A stretch of DNA of 15,641 nt from a virus. The DNA lies in IMG/VR virus record IMGVR_UViG_2912521645_000003, positions 1 to 15,641 of that record; one strand, given 5' to 3'. Below the pieces are notes generated by a model. It saw only the letters and a list, made by a program, of their open reading frames with translations. It did no database searches and was not told where the DNA came from. Positions 13,722 to 15,641 of the stretch are shown piece by piece (positions within the stretch are counted from its first letter, which is position 1; each line of letters starts with the position of its first letter). Made by a program: the position numbers and the translations under genes.

Positions 13722-13910
13722 GCATTCCGCGGTCGGAATGGGATCCCTCATCCTTGAATGGCGATGCCGAGCAGTTCAGAACGAGCTGGCATCGGATCGC
13801 CATGCAGCTGAATAGCTATTCGAGATCTCGCCGCGCGTCGGTCCGATGCCGTGAATCCCGCTCGCAGCACAATGCGAATGGCTGCCGAGAACAAACAGGC
13901 ATAGGTTTCA

Positions 13911-14144
13911 TTACTTCCAGTGAGCCTTTACAACGAGGCGCCACTTGATCGGGCCCGAGTTCGCAGGATGCGGGTGATGCGCCTGAGGAGGTAGCGTATT
14001 TCCGACGGTGGAAACTGCGCTGCCGCCGCATACCTCACATCGGTAGATCCCGGAATAAGGCGTCGAATCTCCCGGAGAGTGTAACAAATCGAACTCTGCC
14101 CCGAACTCCTGAGAGAGATAGTTGCCGTCTTTGTAATAAGCCAT
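13911..14144 (-). CDS. Hypothetical small Cys-containing protein (77 aa), third gene of the PanA-like operon
   Basis: Start moved to MAYYKDG (ATG at 14144), which has a GGGGAAGGGGA purine tract upstream. The track's 14186 start lacks an SD. Contains YSGIYRCEVCGG ... LPPQAHHPH ... GPIKW, with one CxxC and a His cluster. Confidence 0.55.
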   Translation of the reverse strand: MAYYKDGNYLSQEFGAEFDLLHSPGDSTPYSGIYRCEVCGGSAVSTVGNTLPPQAHHPHPANSGPIKWRLVVKAHWK

Positions 14145-14257
14145 TTTGGTCCCCTTCCCCATGAGTGGGGATACCAATCGTCGCATAGCTACTTATCTCA
14201 TAAATTGCGGTAAACCCTCGCGTGCGAATTTCTTGAATGACGCGCGGATGACTACCG

Positions 14258-14668
14258 TCAGATCGGTAAGCTGAGGATGCTTTTTGGCGTCTTAGACGAC
14301 TGCTGTAGACCTGCCTTGATCAATTGAAGTTGTTGTGCCGTGAAGTCCGGCAAATATCCGACATACAATCTGTTGTTGATATTAGCTTGAAGGTCTCTGA
14401 CAAAAATCTCTTGAGCCCGGGCGTAATAGATGTAACTGTCGTGTTGGATGAATGGGTGCGATCCAGCGTGGAATACGCACGTCGTGTCGTATGGAATTCC
14501 GGCGGGCGGCGTTGAGAAATTCACGACACATACACAGTCTTGGCTGCCCATGTTCGGAAAGGGCATCGGATCGTTCAAAATCACAAAAAGATGGCTGTGA
14601 TTCCCGGGGCCGCTCGGAGCCAAGAATGCTGCGCCGGCATGGATTGCCCAGCCGTTCGGTGTACTCAC
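14258..14668 (-). CDS. Hypothetical protein, candidate toxin partner of the Panacea-domain protein (family not recognised)
   Basis: 136 aa. The GTG start overlaps the upstream stop by 4 nt (GTGA at 14665-14668). The HLFVILNDP...CVCVVNFST...DTTCVFHAGSHPFIQHDSYIYYARA pattern loosely recalls MazF/PemK-CcdB SH3-like barrels. Low-GC codon usage. Confidence 0.7.
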   Translation of the reverse strand: MSTPNGWAIHAGAAFLAPSGPGNHSHLFVILNDPMPFPNMGSQDCVCVVNFSTPPAGIPYDTTCVFHAGSHPFIQHDSYIYYARAQEIFVRDLQANINNRLYVGYLPDFTAQQLQLIKAGLQQSSKTPKSILSLPI

Positions 14669-15240
14669 GCGGTTGTGAGCACCGCGTTTATTTGCGCGAT
14701 CTCGCCAAGGCGAAACATAATTTCCGCGATTGCGGAATCTGAATACTTCAGCTCTCTAAGCAGGCGCTTATGTGATACCTCGGTCGGATTGCCCTGCTTG
14801 TCAGTCCATTCATGACAGGACATATGGAGGTAGTCAGTCAACGCGTAATGATTGCGCTCACCGAACTTTTCCCATATGGAATCGAGTATCGAGATGTCGG
14901 CGCTGCTAAGTCTCGTCGAATGATCAAAATACTCTTCGGGAGTCTCAGACATTATCGGCCTACGAACCTCGACCTCGTGATTCGCAAGGTATGAGATACG
15001 ATCTTCCCAGCCAGCAACGTCACCAGCTAGACGCTGATATGTCGCGAATAGAACAGGAGATGTTTCGAAAACTTGCAGCTGGTCGCCAGTCAGCGGCTCT
15101 GCGTGTTGAGCAAACGACTCACGCTCTGCGAGATACAGAAGACGATTCAACTTCACCACATTCATTGGGGCACGAGCGCGGACGAGCAGATACATCGCGG
15201 CATCTACTGCCTTCCTCTCGTCGTACAGGTGCGGGAACAT
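14665..15240 (-). CDS. Panacea-domain (DUF4065, SocA/GepA/PanA-like) putative antitoxin
   Basis: 191 aa. VKLNRLLYLAERESFAQHAEPLTGDQLQVFETSPVLFATYQRL and LSSADISILDSIWEKFGERNHYALTDYLHMSCHEW match the two conserved halves of DUF4065 (KLxKLLYxA ... GPV ... Y, and yG..s...L...tH.e.pW). AGGAGG SD 4 nt upstream of the ATG. Confidence 0.75.
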   Translation of the reverse strand: MFPHLYDERKAVDAAMYLLVRARAPMNVVKLNRLLYLAERESFAQHAEPLTGDQLQVFETSPVLFATYQRLAGDVAGWEDRISYLANHEVEVRRPIMSETPEEYFDHSTRLSSADISILDSIWEKFGERNHYALTDYLHMSCHEWTDKQGNPTEVSHKRLLRELKYSDSAIAEIMFRLGEIAQINAVLTTA

Positions 15241-15267
15241 GGAACCTCCTAGCCGTCAATAGGCTTT

Positions 15268-15292
15268 GTTGTGAGCGTACCGAGGTCACAAC
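15268..15292. promoter_or_regulatory. Inverted repeat in the divergent PanA-like/PrtN intergenic region (candidate operator)
   Basis: GTTGTGA (15268-15274) and TCACAAC (15286-15292) are perfect reverse complements with an 11-nt spacer, about 30 nt upstream of the PanA-like start. Confidence 0.3.
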
Positions 15293-15380
15293 GCTCTGTC
15301 CATAGGGTTAACGGTCGCAGTCGCACAAAGTTGACATGCATGGCCAAAGTGATGCAACCCCAATTAATCAAAAAACACCT

Positions 15381-15641
15381 ATGAACACTGTTTTCCTGCT
15401 GATGGCGCAGTACGGAGCGACTGCCATCGTTCCGGTCGAGCTCGTCTGTCGTGACTACTTCTCGCATCTCACCGTGCCCCAGTTTGTTCGCAAGGTGAGC
15501 GCCGGCGACATTGCTATCCCGCTCGTTCGAATGGAAAGGTCACAGAAGGCTGCAAAGGGCGTCCACATTCAGGATCTGGCGAACTACATCGCCGAGCGTC
15601 GGGCAGCCGCGGTGAAGGAATACGCGCAATTGAACTCCTAA
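15381..15641 (+). CDS. prtN: PrtN-family (pyocin activator-like) DNA-binding regulator
   Basis: Start moved to ATG 15381. MNTVFLLMAQYGATAIVPVELVCRDYFSHLTVPQFVRKVSAGDIAIPLVRMERSQKAAKGVHIQDLANYI is a close match to the PrtN family consensus as I remember it. The gene ends at the window end with TAA. Confidence 0.85.
   Translation: MNTVFLLMAQYGATAIVPVELVCRDYFSHLTVPQFVRKVSAGDIAIPLVRMERSQKAAKGVHIQDLANYIAERRAAAVKEYAQLNS

Noticed and set aside
13572-13757. 61-aa ORF overlapping the tRNA gene
   Set aside because: It reads straight through a canonical initiator tRNA and its terminator, so it is spurious.
13755-13812. Long imperfect hairpin (TGAATGGCGATGCC...GGCATCGGATCGCCATGCA) downstream of the tRNA, considered as an ncRNA or att core
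   Set aside because: It needs several bulges and mismatches, has no flanking promoter or terminator signals and no second copy in the window. This is too weak to call.

Overview
GC-rich proteobacterial accessory region (Burkholderia-like by composition and gene content; inference only). It consists of two mobile-looking segments separated by an initiator tRNA-fMet gene.

Segment 1 (1..13537) is on the + strand apart from one inserted IS. In order it carries:
- a P4-type tyrosine integrase
- an orphan 252-aa cargo gene with atypical codon usage
- an AlpA-family regulator and an HTH_39-like winged-helix protein
- a block of small ORFs with tight translational coupling
- a winged-helix Rep-like gene whose 3' end runs into an iteron array, hairpin and AT-rich tract (candidate ori)
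- a zinc-ribbon ORF
- an intact IS3-family/IS2-group insertion sequence (5735..7071, perfect 5-bp target duplication GGGTG)
- a complete HK97-type head and packaging module: HNH, P27-type TerS, TerL, an in-frame prohead protease-major capsid fusion, a 59-aa ORF, portal, and a gp6-like head-tail adaptor

No tail, lysis, primase or helicase genes occur before the tRNA. This head-only layout resembles a capsid-forming phage satellite (cf-PICI-like) more than a complete prophage. A truncated prophage cannot be excluded from this window.

Segment 2 (about 13.7..15.6 kb) is visibly lower in GC. It holds a minus-strand three-gene operon: a Panacea-domain (PanA/SocA-like) antitoxin, an overlapping 136-aa protein of unknown family (candidate toxin), and a 77-aa Cys-containing protein. 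A PrtN-family regulator gene is transcribed divergently from it.

All family assignments rest on motif recognition from memory. No searches were run.
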